Assembly: GCA_012862495.1 (NCBI GenBank)
Contig: BLSG01000296.1
Coordinates: 39,660-102,225, forward strand
Origin: Thraustochytrium aureum
Lineage: Eukaryota
DNA: 62,566 nucleotides
Reading direction: 5' to 3'
Numbering within the stretch: position 1 is the first letter of the stretch; every line of letters begins with the position of its first letter. Below the pieces are notes generated by a model, which had not been told where the DNA came from, did no database searches, and worked only from the letters and a program-made list of their open reading frames with translations. This document shows, piece by piece, positions 25,745 to 35,705 of this stretch. The position numbers and the translations under genes were made by a program.

Positions 25745-25966
25745 CTAGCGCAGTCTACTCGCGTTTGCCGCCCACTGGCTCCAGGAGTCGCACACGCGCA
25801 CGAGGTCTTCCTGGTACCTCGCCAGCCTGTCGCAGTTGTCGTTGAGCCTGTCAACCTGCGTCAAGAGCTCGTGCACGGTGACTTGGAGCTCGCGCACGAC
25901 AGCCTCGGCCTCCACGCCCATCAAAGCCGCTCCACCCCGGGCGCCATCACCGCCGCCGCCCTCCAT
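25745..25966 (-). CDS. Small (73 aa) coiled-coil protein resembling DASH/Dam1 complex subunit Dad1
   Basis: ATG-to-TAG ORF with a heptad pattern ending ...LNDNCDRLARYQEDLVRVCDSWSQW. It is divergent from the next gene, with an AT-rich TTTTATAA at ~26013. Confidence 0.55.
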   Translation of the reverse strand: MEGGGGDGARGGAALMGVEAEAVVRELQVTVHELLTQVDRLNDNCDRLARYQEDLVRVCDSWSQWAANASRLR

Positions 25967-26497
25967 CGCGCGCGACCTCCGTTCATTCAGGCTCTGCTGC
26001 GTCCCCCATCGCTTTTATAAGCACCGAGTTAACTACGGCGGCGACGAGGCGTGTACACCGTGAGCAAGTAGGCCAGCGGACCGTGGTCGTAGTTATTCAC
26101 ATGCGGGGCCGGTTATGTACGTGCAAGAAGTTGGCGTCGTGTTACTTACGCTTGCTCTCGGTCTGCTCGCCAGCATTTCAGAACAGATCCGTTGCGACTT
26201 GTTGTTGGACGCGGCGCAGGCGCACGTGGGCAGAGCAGCAGCGGCGGCGGTGGCGCGAGCACGCGTCTGGACTCGGCAGAGCCCTGCTGCGACGCGCGCA
26301 ACGCCTTGTGGGTTGGGGCGGCCGCGTTGCGCTCTTGGGGCGGCGCCGCGCTCGCGCTTTTTTGGCCACGCCTCGCATTTTTTCGTCGCGGCGTCTCGAC
26401 TCCGGACTGCGGACGACCCTCGGGGGCGGAAGGCGGCGAGCGGCGCGGCTGCACGGCGGCGGCGAGCCGACTGGGGCGCAGCAGCGGCACTCGCGTA

Positions 26498-28701
26498 ATG
26501 GCGAAACGCGAGAAGAGCGGGCTGCGCAAGCTCGCTCCGCTTGACCACATAAAAATTCTGTATGATGGCGCAGCCGCCAACCTCAAGGGCGACAACCGAA
26601 AGATCTTTCAGAAGAAGGACCTCGTTGACGCCGTCCGCGAGATGAACGCGAGCGCAGGACTTGTCAAGGGCGGCAACACGCAGTCCGAGTCGGCCCTCGC
26701 TCTGGTCGCCAAAGGCGGGAAAGGCAAGGGTGCCGCCGCAAACCTCGGTGGGACGCAGAGGACCCTGAGCAACAACCAGCGCGACGACGAAAACAAGTCT
26801 GCAGCGGCAGAAAAAGCCGCTGCCGCCGAAGCCAAGCGGAAAAAGAAGCTGGCGCAAATCCAAATCCTCGAGGCCGGGAACGGGCAGCGCACGCAGTTCC
26901 GCAGCGCCAGCGAGATCCTCCAAGAGACGCTCAACTTCAACGCCAAGCGGTTCAACGAGCTCAAGGTGGCCGTCGAGGACCGCGAAGGGCAGTTAAACGT
27001 GATGATCGACGAGCTCGCAGGCCTCCAAGTGGAAAACGAGTCGCTCAAGCGCATGGAGATGCACGAGACAGTGGACACGCACCGCATCGACGAGCTCGAA
27101 GAGAGCATCCGCCAGGCCGCCATCCAGCTCGAAGAAAGGCAGCTGCGCCGCAGCACTCTCTTGCACATGAAAAAGCGACTCGATATCAACCAGGTGGCTT
27201 TTGACGCGCACATCAAAGGCATGGAAGAAGCGCTCAGCGCGAGCTCGCGCGAGTTCGAAGAGGTCAAACTGTTGATGAGGCAGCTCGAGACTGGCAACGC
27301 CGCAGCGCAGGAAGAGCTGCGCTCCACGACCGAAAAAATAGTGAAAGAGCGCGACCTCCGCAACAAGACGCTCCAGATGCGTCGCCAAGAGGCCGCCAAC
27401 GCCAAGCGGATGGAGGAGTGGCGCGAGCAGCGCGAGAAGGCGCGCCTCGTGTTGGACGCCGAGCTGCGCGGGGACCTCACAGAGGAGGGCGAGCGCAAGC
27501 TGATCGAGGCCGTCAACCAATCCACCAAGCAAGACGCCGAGCTCGAGCGCATCCACCAGCGCACCACGCAGGCCGTCAACACCTACGAAGAGGCCTTTGC
27601 GGCGATCCGGAGGCCACAGGGGTGCGCACGCTGGATGAAATGGTTGAAAAAGGTTCCTCGGCCAGAGCGCCAACAAGCAAGCCCTGGTCGAGGAAAAGGT
27701 CGAGGCCGAGCAGCGCCAGCGCACGGTCAAGGAAGAGCTCGCACGAGTACAAGCGGAGTTTTCCGAGTTCAAGGCTGCCGGAATCGGTGGTTCCGAGCTA
27801 AACCGAGAAATGTACGACAAGCTCGACAATGACATTCTCGAAGCACGCCACGATCTCAAGATCAAGCGCGCTGTCAATGCCCGACTAGAGAAGATACTCA
27901 TCCAGGTTCGCGCTGGCATGCTCGGCCTTTTGAGCCGCCTCTCGCCATTCAAGCAGGTGCTCGGGTTTGACGACGACCAGACCGCGCCAAAGAGCGGGAT
28001 CGAGGTGCTGGACCTCACCCTTGCGTGCGAGTCCAAGCTCATGAAGCTGCTCGAGGCGGTCGGGGTGCATCAGAGCCGGTCAGAGGAAGCGGGCCCGGCA
28101 GGCGGCGTCGGGGCCGACAGTGCCGTCACCGTGCCCACGGGCGCCGCAGGTGCGGGCGCGGGCGCAGGCGCTCAGGCTGGCGGTGAGATGTCCATTACGA
28201 TGCGCAGGCCTTCAACCCTCGCACTGTACGAGTCAGCCGAGCAAGTCTCTCACGTCAACAACATCAGGGTCCGGCCACGCCGCGTCATTGGAAACGGCGA
28301 GCTTGGGACGCCGCTGTCGAGTGCGCGGTCTGCCCTCTCTGATGACGACGATGCTGCTCCGCCTGGGACTGGCGTCCTAGCGCTCAAGGATGAGCCAGGG
28401 CGCGGTAAGGGGCAAAGCGATGACGGCTCGGCTGACGAGGGCGACGCCAGCGGCGAGGAGAACGAAGAGATGGAGGAGATTGAAGGCATATATGACGCTG
28501 CTGCAATCAAGAAGATTGCGCGAGCGCGGGTCAGCAAGGCCGCCGAGGAGCAAAAGGCCCAGCTCCGCAGGTCGAAGAGCATCACTGCGATCAAGGACAA
28601 AAAGGCGAACCGGGAGCGCGTTAAGCGACTTGCGCAGCCGGCCAAGCACCGCCAGCGCAAGACAGCCAGCAAGGTGGTAATGGAGCGCCCGGATCTCATC
28701 T
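26498..28701 (+). CDS. Long coiled-coil protein, outer-dynein-arm docking complex-like (CCDC151/CCDC114 family); frameshifts at ~27615 and ~27655; stop probably at gap edge
   Basis: Extended coiled coil. The corrected reading TYEEAFAAI.EATGVRTLDEMVEKFLGQ resembles the ODA-DC YEEAF..IKEATG..EVI.KF motif. It continues into ORF 27810. Confidence 0.65.
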
Positions 28702-29448
28702 NNNNNNNNNNNNNNNNNNNNNNNNNNNNNNNNNNNNNNNNNNNNNNNNNNNNNNNNNNNNNNNNNNNNNNNNNNNNNNNNNNNNNNNNNNNNNNNNNNN
28801 NNNNNNNNNNNNNNNNNNNNNNNNNNNNNNNNNNNNGCACTCCGTCGCGGCAGCAGGCCCCGCTGGCACTTGCAGTCCTGGCGCTTCCCGTTACTTTCAT
28901 TCCGAAGCAGAGTACTCTGCTACTCGTAGTAGAGCCTGTCGACGCAAAAAAAAATGGTTTTCTTCAACTTGGTCTCCCCAGGGCAGTGCGGGGAAGGCGC
29001 GTCCGGCAAGAGATTGGGCTGTGCAATTGGGGACAGCCCGGCAAGAGAATGAACTGCACAATTGGGGACCTCTGGTTTGTGACTTTGAGGCTTGCGCGGA
29101 AAAACTCGCAGCGCTGCTGGCGCGATCCGAGAAGCTACGCTGGCCATCTTACACGCAGGCACAGTGCACCTCGTCGGCACGTAACCTGCGAACCAGCTAC
29201 ACGATGCGGGAGCCGCGAGGCCTCGCGGCTGAAGCGGTCCCTCACAGGCTGGGGCAGGAAGAAAGGAAAACGGGCCCAGAACGCACAGCCCAGACCGCAG
29301 CCAAACGCATCCCTGCGCACGCACGGTGGGACGCACTTACCAGTGCACGGCACAGCTTCAAACACAAAGCACGGCCGGCGAAACGCCGCCAAGTGCGACT
29401 GCGAGTAGCGCAACCGCCGCCTGCGCCCCAGCTTCATGCACCCCAGCC

Positions 29449-30273
29449 TCATGCACTTTCCTCAACGTCGCCAGCCTCGCTCTCTTCAAGCGGCGCCCCA
29501 AGCGCCGCCGCTGCTGCTGCCGCAACCGCGGCAGCGGCCACTGAAGCACTAACGCCGTTGTTGAGCTTTCCCTTCCCAAAGTTGGGCACCGGCTCGGCCT
29601 TGAGCGCCGGGGCCTTGAGCGCGGGGGCCTTGGAAACTGAAATCACGTGCCTCATCTGCGCAATGAGCATATCCATTGCGATGTGCGAGTCGTAACCACC
29701 TTCAGGGATGATTATGTCCGCGAACCGCTTTGTTGGCTCCACAAACTGGATGTGCATGGGGCGCACGGTTGAGAGGTACTGCGACGCCACATCGTCTGTT
29801 GTGCGCCCGCGCTCCTGCGTGTCACGCTTCAGGCGCCGGATGAACCGGATGTCTGCGTCGGTGTCTACGAAAACCTTGATGTCGATCAGGTCGCGCAGGT
29901 TTTTGTCTGAGAAGATGAGGATCCCGTCGACGACAATCACCGGCGTGGGGATGACGGTGATGCTCTCGTTGGAGCGGCGCGAGTGCGTCGTAAAGTCGTA
30001 CACGGGCACGCCGACCGTCTGCCCCTGCTTGAGCTTGCGCAGGTCTTCGATCAGCAGCTCGGTCTCTAGCGAGTCGGGGTGGTCAAAGTTGGTCTCCTTG
30101 CGCTCGTCGAACGAGAGGTGGCTCAGGTCGCGGTAGTAGCTATCATGCGCGATCTTGCACACCAGATGGGTCCCGATGCGCTTGACCACGGCGTCGGAGA
30201 TGCTCGTCTTGCCGCTCCCCGACCCGCCGGCAATGCCGATCACCAGCGGTGTGCCCTCAAACACGTGCGACAT
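29449..30273 (-). CDS. udk: Uridine(-cytidine) kinase, stand-alone Udk type
   Basis: Motifs VIGIAGGSGSGKTS, HDSYYRDL, NFDHPDS, PVYDFTTHSR, DIRFIRRLKRDTQERGR and VRPMHIQFVEPTKRFADIIIP. The first ATG is at 30273; the frame is open further upstream. Confidence 0.93.
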   Translation of the reverse strand: MSHVFEGTPLVIGIAGGSGSGKTSISDAVVKRIGTHLVCKIAHDSYYRDLSHLSFDERKETNFDHPDSLETELLIEDLRKLKQGQTVGVPVYDFTTHSRRSNESITVIPTPVIVVDGILIFSDKNLRDLIDIKVFVDTDADIRFIRRLKRDTQERGRTTDDVASQYLSTVRPMHIQFVEPTKRFADIIIPEGGYDSHIAMDMLIAQMRHVISVSKAPALKAPALKAEPVPNFGKGKLNNGVSASVAAAAVAAAAAAALGAPLEESEAGDVEESA

Positions 30274-32705
30274 GGCTTTCGCTTGCCCGTCCGCCTCGTC
30301 GTCCCTTGGTTTGTTGGCCGCCGGCGCCACGCCGGGCACCTCGCCGGCTTCGCGCGCCAGCCTGCCGTCCTGCCCTGCGTCCGCCACGACCTGCCAGGGC
30401 TCGCAACTCCCAACGCCTGCCTGCCTACCGTCCTTGCGCGCGAGCCGCGTGGCCGCCTGCGTCGCGCGTCCTGTCAAAGCGTTTCAAGTCTGTCGGCGAC
30501 CAAACAAGCGTCAACCGTGTATGCAGAGTGGAGGTTGACCTCCTGAGTGTCTTGCAAGCCGACCACCTCTTCTAGCTCCTTGCTGGCCTTCCGGCGCACA
30601 ACAGGCGCACAACAGCGCTCCAGGCCTCGCATTCCTCCGTGTCGGAGCGCAATGTTTCGTCGAGCTCGGCGGATGTCTGGAGCCGCGCAACTCGCTCTTT
30701 CCGCCGCCCTGGCCGCTGGCAGGAGGACGGGGAATGTGCTGTCGAGGTATCGCCGAGTGGGCGGCTTGCGCACGCTTTTCGGCTTTGCATTCGACTTCAC
30801 GGCAGGACGCTCGCTCCTCGCGCTCGCTCCCCGAGCTTGCTCTCTAGCCAGCTAGCTCCGCTGCTCGCCTGGCGCAACGAGCTCGCGGGCTGGGGGCGGC
30901 GCCCAGCGCCTGCCCTGTGTTTGCAGAGTATTTTGTGCAGTGCACGAGTAAGGAGTAAAGCAAGTACCTACTCCGCCCCAACTCCCGCGTGCCGAGATCG
31001 GAAGGTCGTCCGTCCTGAGTTGGGGCACGGGGCAGCGCGGCGCGTTTCGTTCACTGCAGAGCACTGCAGACGTGCGTNNNNNNNNNNNNNNNNNNNNNNN
31101 NNNNNNNNNNNNNNNNNNNNNNNNNNNNNNNNNNNNNNNNNNNNNNNNNNNNNNNNNNNNNNNNNNNNNNNNNNNNNNNNNNNNNNNNNNNNNNNNNNNN
31201 NNNNNNNNNNNNNNNNNNNNNNNNNNNNNNNNNNNNNNNNNNNNNNNNNNNNNNNNNNNNNNNNNNNNNNNNNNNNNNNNNNNNNNNNNNNNNNNNNNNN
31301 NNNNNNNNNNNNNNNNNNNNNNNNNNNNNNNNNNNNNNNNNNNNNNNNNNNNNNNNNNNNNNNNNNNNNNNNAGAGCGACTGTGCTCCGACTGTTTGGCC
31401 GCCACCAGGTTGTCACGGCAAGGCCATCCCATCAAGGAGGAGCCCAATAACCGAACTCTCGCGCGCAGTTGCACGAGAGCCGCCCGCCCAACCTCCTCCG
31501 TCAGTGGCCTCGCTCGACCAAGCACCTATTCTCGCACACGAGCTCCGCGACGACATCGACGATGCCAACGAGCTGGGCATACGACTTGGAGGCAAAAGAG
31601 CTGCTCGCCAGGGCTGGCTCTAGGAGAGAACGCCCTCGAGGTGCGCGGGCCCTCGTCTGCAAACGTTGGGGACTCGTCGGAGAGGCGCTCTAGCTAGGTT
31701 AGAGACAGCTTTGATTGAGTCCTGGGGGGCCAAAGCAGATGACAATAAGATCACGCGTCTCGGCCGAGGGGCAGTGCACGGCGCGTTCGGAGGGACAAGC
31801 TTTGAAGATGAATTCATACGAATCGAAGCGGCCCACGATCCTGGACGGGGGCTTTGCGAATCGGAGCGGGCCGCGATCCTGGAAGGGCCATGGTGCAGGT
31901 CACCCTGCGAGCTCCACAACAGGCACAAGACCCTTGCTACACCTTCTCTCTTGATCAACAAAGACGTTGAGAGTAAGTTCTCGTGCTGGTAAAGCTGAGC
32001 CGGGCTGAGCACGCTGGTCGGTGCCAGCGGAGGTCAAGCTGAGGTGCGAGGCAGTAGGCGTGTGGGTAAGCTCTGTTCTGGGATTGGTATGTAGCCCGTG
32101 GTAGGATAGGCAATCGACAGACGTAAGGACGCACCAGGGTTGGTCTGCTCTGCTCAGTTGGTATGCCACCACAGAACTGAGTAACCTTTTTCAAACGTGC
32201 TGATGTGGCCCCCCTCGATTCGAATGCACGACTCGAGGGCCTGCCTGCCAAACGGATCTCAGGCCAGCCTCCGTTGGTGCTGAGTCGACTCCATGGAGGC
32301 TTCAATGTGAGTGTGTTGTAGCAAGGGCCTATCGCATGATGCACATCCCTCTTTGCGGCGCTCGTACTTCAGCGGTGCCATGGATTCGATCAGCTGCGAC
32401 GGAAGGGTCCAAAAGAGTCTATGGGCCTCGTTGGACGCTCTTTTCCTGTAGGCCAGCACAGCCCGGATAGACCCCCTCGCCAACCGTACTTTCGGCAGGG
32501 ACTTTGACGAAACCGTGAGCCTTGCACTACACCGAGCCCAGCTGCTCCGAAGCGAAAGACCACTCGAGAAGCGAGAGTCCTCCGAGTGGTCTTTCCATGT
32601 CCAAACCCAGACCCTGAACTCTTTTAAATTAAAAAGCCCATCAGCGCAAGAGAGCTCCACAAGGCGCCGCACAGCAGGCGTGAACGCGCGCCAACAGCAG
32701 AGAAA

Positions 32706-33335
32706 ATGGGCCGTCGCCAGCGCATAGCTTTTGCGACCCTCGCTGCCGCTGCTGCCCTGGCAACGGCGTCGGGGGAGAGCGCGCAGTGTTTCTTCTCGTG
32801 CACCTTGCACTGCGCGGGCAACAACTGCGAGTTCCCAGGGTGCTACTGCCCCGCGTCTGAGATTCATGGGTGCCAAACGTGGTGCAAAGAAGACCGCACG
32901 CTTAGCGAATGCGTTCGCACGCAAACCTGCCGCTGGCTCGGCGACAGTTGCGACCGCACCTGCAACTACCGCAAGCTCGGTGACGGCAAGTGCGACGAAG
33001 AGTGCAACACCGAGTCGTGCGAAAGCGATGCCGGTGACTGCTTGCTGACTCCAGGAGGCGAGAGTGGGGGCGAGAGCGGCAATGGCGGCTTTGTCGAACT
33101 GGGTGCCGGGCACTGCCTGGTTCAGGGCAAGTCCCTCAAGAGAGACTATATGAATCGCAAGAATGCAAGAACGCTCGAGGACTGCGAGACGGCGTGCGGG
33201 GACAACTGCTTTGGGGTTCAGTTCTCCTCCAAGGTCGACAGAAAAGGCAAAACCACAACGACTTGCCGATTGTGGAAAATCGCGCCCACTTCGGTGAGGC
33301 TCAAAGCCGGTTTTTCGTGCTTCGTGAAATCGTAA
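32706..33335 (+). CDS. Secreted Cys-rich protein: signal peptide, Cys-rich module, LNR (Notch) repeat, PAN/Apple-like domain
   Basis: The signal peptide is MGRRQRIAFATLAAAAALATASG. The LNR is CNYRKLGDGKCDEECNTESCESDAGDC. The C-terminal TLEDCETACGDNCFGVQFS..CRLW..CFVK is PAN-like. Confidence 0.78.
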   Translation: MGRRQRIAFATLAAAAALATASGESAQCFFSCTLHCAGNNCEFPGCYCPASEIHGCQTWCKEDRTLSECVRTQTCRWLGDSCDRTCNYRKLGDGKCDEECNTESCESDAGDCLLTPGGESGGESGNGGFVELGAGHCLVQGKSLKRDYMNRKNARTLEDCETACGDNCFGVQFSSKVDRKGKTTTTCRLWKIAPTSVRLKAGFSCFVKS

Positions 33336-33480
33336 AACAAAGCAAACTGTGGTAAACCTACTAGTGGCAAGGCGGAGTACTTGTTTCAGATTACAAACAC
33401 GGATTCCAAAGTCGGGCGACGACGCATCCGTTCCCTTGGAAGCACGCTTTCAAGCCCACGTCCAGGTCGATCCAACTCAC

Positions 33481-34788
33481 TCACAACAAGCTCTCCAACA
33501 TCGGCTGGTCCGCAATTTGATCGGCGCCTAAAATGTCCAAAAATCGAGCGATGATGGGACCGTGCGAGACGAGCTTGGCATGCTCGATGCCGGCGTAGGT
33601 GGCGAGCGAAACGGGCTGCTTCTGCTCAGCTCGCCACTTGGTCACAGCCAAAAGACTCACCATGTTGACCGTGCCATCGCCGTCTCCGTACTCTGTCGCA
33701 GTCGGGTCGTGCTTGAACCAGGTCTCGGGCGAGCCTTTCGTGTAAACGTATCCCGCAGGCGTTCTCACATTTGTGCCAAGGACGAGGTGCACGGCAACGC
33801 CAGGCGCACGCAGCCCGGCGGTGAGCTGGCGCGTGCGGCGCCGAATAGCAACACCCTCCGGGTACTTGACGTCACGCAGCAAATCGTCTGCATCGCCAGC
33901 TGTATAGTTCCGGAACGGGGACCGGAGAATAACGGCGTCGCCCGGCCACACCTCTGGCGACGGGAGCATCCAAACGTTCGTCTCGTACGAGCGCTGCTCT
34001 TGGACCACGCTCTTGCTCTGAACAAAGCTCACCCCGACATTGTCTCCGCTGCTCATCAACTTGAACTCGAGGGCCGAGCCGCCAAAAACGCCGCCCATCG
34101 AAGTCCAGGAGTGAATGTATTGCTCCTTCCAGGCTTGCGGGCGGCGGTTTAGCAGGTACAGCGTCACCAAGGAGCCCATCGAATGCGAAACAAGCGCCAC
34201 GCGCCGGTTCCCATTGCGCTCGTACAAGGCTTCAACTAATGCCACAACCCGTGCTTCGTAGCCAAGGTTTGATTGCGGCGACCTCCGAAAGTCGTACGGA
34301 GCGGCTGCAACCGACTCGCCTCGAGAGTAGCCATGTCGGACCAGCGTCTCCACAAATGCATGAAAGTAGGTTGATCCGGACTTGAGATCGGGGTCCAAGT
34401 ACTCGACCGTCTCGGTCATCCCAAAGCCAGGCACACGCGTCTCGACTCCAGGCGCATTTGAAAAGGCCTCGGTTACCGGATCGAACACAAGCCGGATGTT
34501 GTCGCTCCAGCAGTCCACTTCCAGAGGGAGCAAGTCGGTGACCTGCAGCCAAAGCGTGAAGAACCCTTTCGACGTTTTCGCGCAAAACGCGTGCGGGACG
34601 TGCGCGGTCTTGTTCAGCTTTGCTTCTATTTGGTTGCCGCCGTCTCCAGGCACAATCAAAACAGGATGGCGATGCGGCGCAGGCCCCGCCGCGGCAAAAG
34701 CGCGTCCCACGCAGGCCATAAACCACACGACTGCAACCCTGAGCCTCCAGCCATGACACACTCGCGCGGCACGCTGCCTCGAAGCCAT
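33481..34788 (-). CDS. LCAT-family acyltransferase / group XV (lysosomal) phospholipase A2
   Basis: Motifs PVLIVPGDGGNQIEAKL, FFTLWL, DCWSDNIRL, AAPYDFRRSP, SHSMG (nucleophile), GDGDGTVN and IEH, plus an N-terminal signal-like segment. ATG at 34788. Confidence 0.92.
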   Translation of the reverse strand: MASRQRAARVCHGWRLRVAVVWFMACVGRAFAAAGPAPHRHPVLIVPGDGGNQIEAKLNKTAHVPHAFCAKTSKGFFTLWLQVTDLLPLEVDCWSDNIRLVFDPVTEAFSNAPGVETRVPGFGMTETVEYLDPDLKSGSTYFHAFVETLVRHGYSRGESVAAAPYDFRRSPQSNLGYEARVVALVEALYERNGNRRVALVSHSMGSLVTLYLLNRRPQAWKEQYIHSWTSMGGVFGGSALEFKLMSSGDNVGVSFVQSKSVVQEQRSYETNVWMLPSPEVWPGDAVILRSPFRNYTAGDADDLLRDVKYPEGVAIRRRTRQLTAGLRAPGVAVHLVLGTNVRTPAGYVYTKGSPETWFKHDPTATEYGDGDGTVNMVSLLAVTKWRAEQKQPVSLATYAGIEHAKLVSHGPIIARFLDILGADQIADQPMLESLL

Positions 34789-35705
34789 GGCAGTCGCGTA
34801 CCAAGGGCAACGCGGCGGCGGCTCTGCCACTCACAGACGCCGGGCTCCTGCTCGCGGACAGCAGGCTGCGGGCTCCTGCGCAGCGCGTAGATAGAGCACC
34901 TGCTTGATGATGAAGCTCTCGACAAGACGAGCAAGACCATCAACGAGATGACGCCGAGATGACGCCGAGATGACGCCGAGATTCCTTCCTTTCGTTCGTC
35001 CTTGCGCGCCGCGGTGCCAGCTGCAGGCAGGCAGCCAAGGCCAACGACGCGTGGAGTCTCGTTCCATGAAAGCGCTCGCGCCAGCAGGCACGATGGGCCG
35101 GTCCCCGAGATGGACGTCATCGTGCACCTCAGCGAGTCACGCCAAGTCCAGGCACCGCATGATAAGAGGCAAGCCCGCGTCACGGCGCCCAGGACCGCCC
35201 CNNNNNNNNNNNNNNNNNNNNNNNNNNNNNNNNNNNNNNNNNNNNNNNNNNNNNNNNNNNNNNNNNNNNNNNNNNNNNNNNNNNNNNNNNNNNNNNNNNN
35301 NNNNNNNNNNNNNNNNNNNNNNNNNNNNNNNNNNNNNNNNNNNNNNNNNNNNNNNNNNNNNNNNNNNNNNNNNNNNNNNNNNNNNNNNNNNNNNNNNNNN
35401 NNNNNNNNNNNNNNNNNNNNNNNNNNNNNNNNNNNNNNNNNNNNNNNNNNNNNNNNNNNNNNNNNNNNNNNNNNNNNNNNNNNNNNNNNNNNNNNNNNNN
35501 NNNNNNNNNNNNNNNNNNNNNNNNNNNNNNNNNNNNNNNNNNNNNNNNNNNNNNNNNNNNNNNNNNNNNNNNNNNNNNNNNNNNNNNNNNNNNNNNNNNN
35601 NNNNNNNNNNNNNNNNNNNNNNNNNNNNNNNNNNNNNNNNNNNNNNNNNNNNNNNNNNNNNNNNNNNNNNNNNNNNNNNNNNNNNNNNNNNNNNNNNNNN
35701 NNNNN

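Noticed and set aside
28838..29408. Continuation of ORF 27810-29408 beyond the gap
   Set aside because: Composition and codon style change after the gap. It is probably 3' UTR or intergenic sequence between convergent genes.
34945..34981. GAGATGACGCC x3 repeat (also CGCTGCGCAACT x3 at ~25112 and KAPAL x2 in udk)
   Set aside because: These are short slippage duplications with no further structure.
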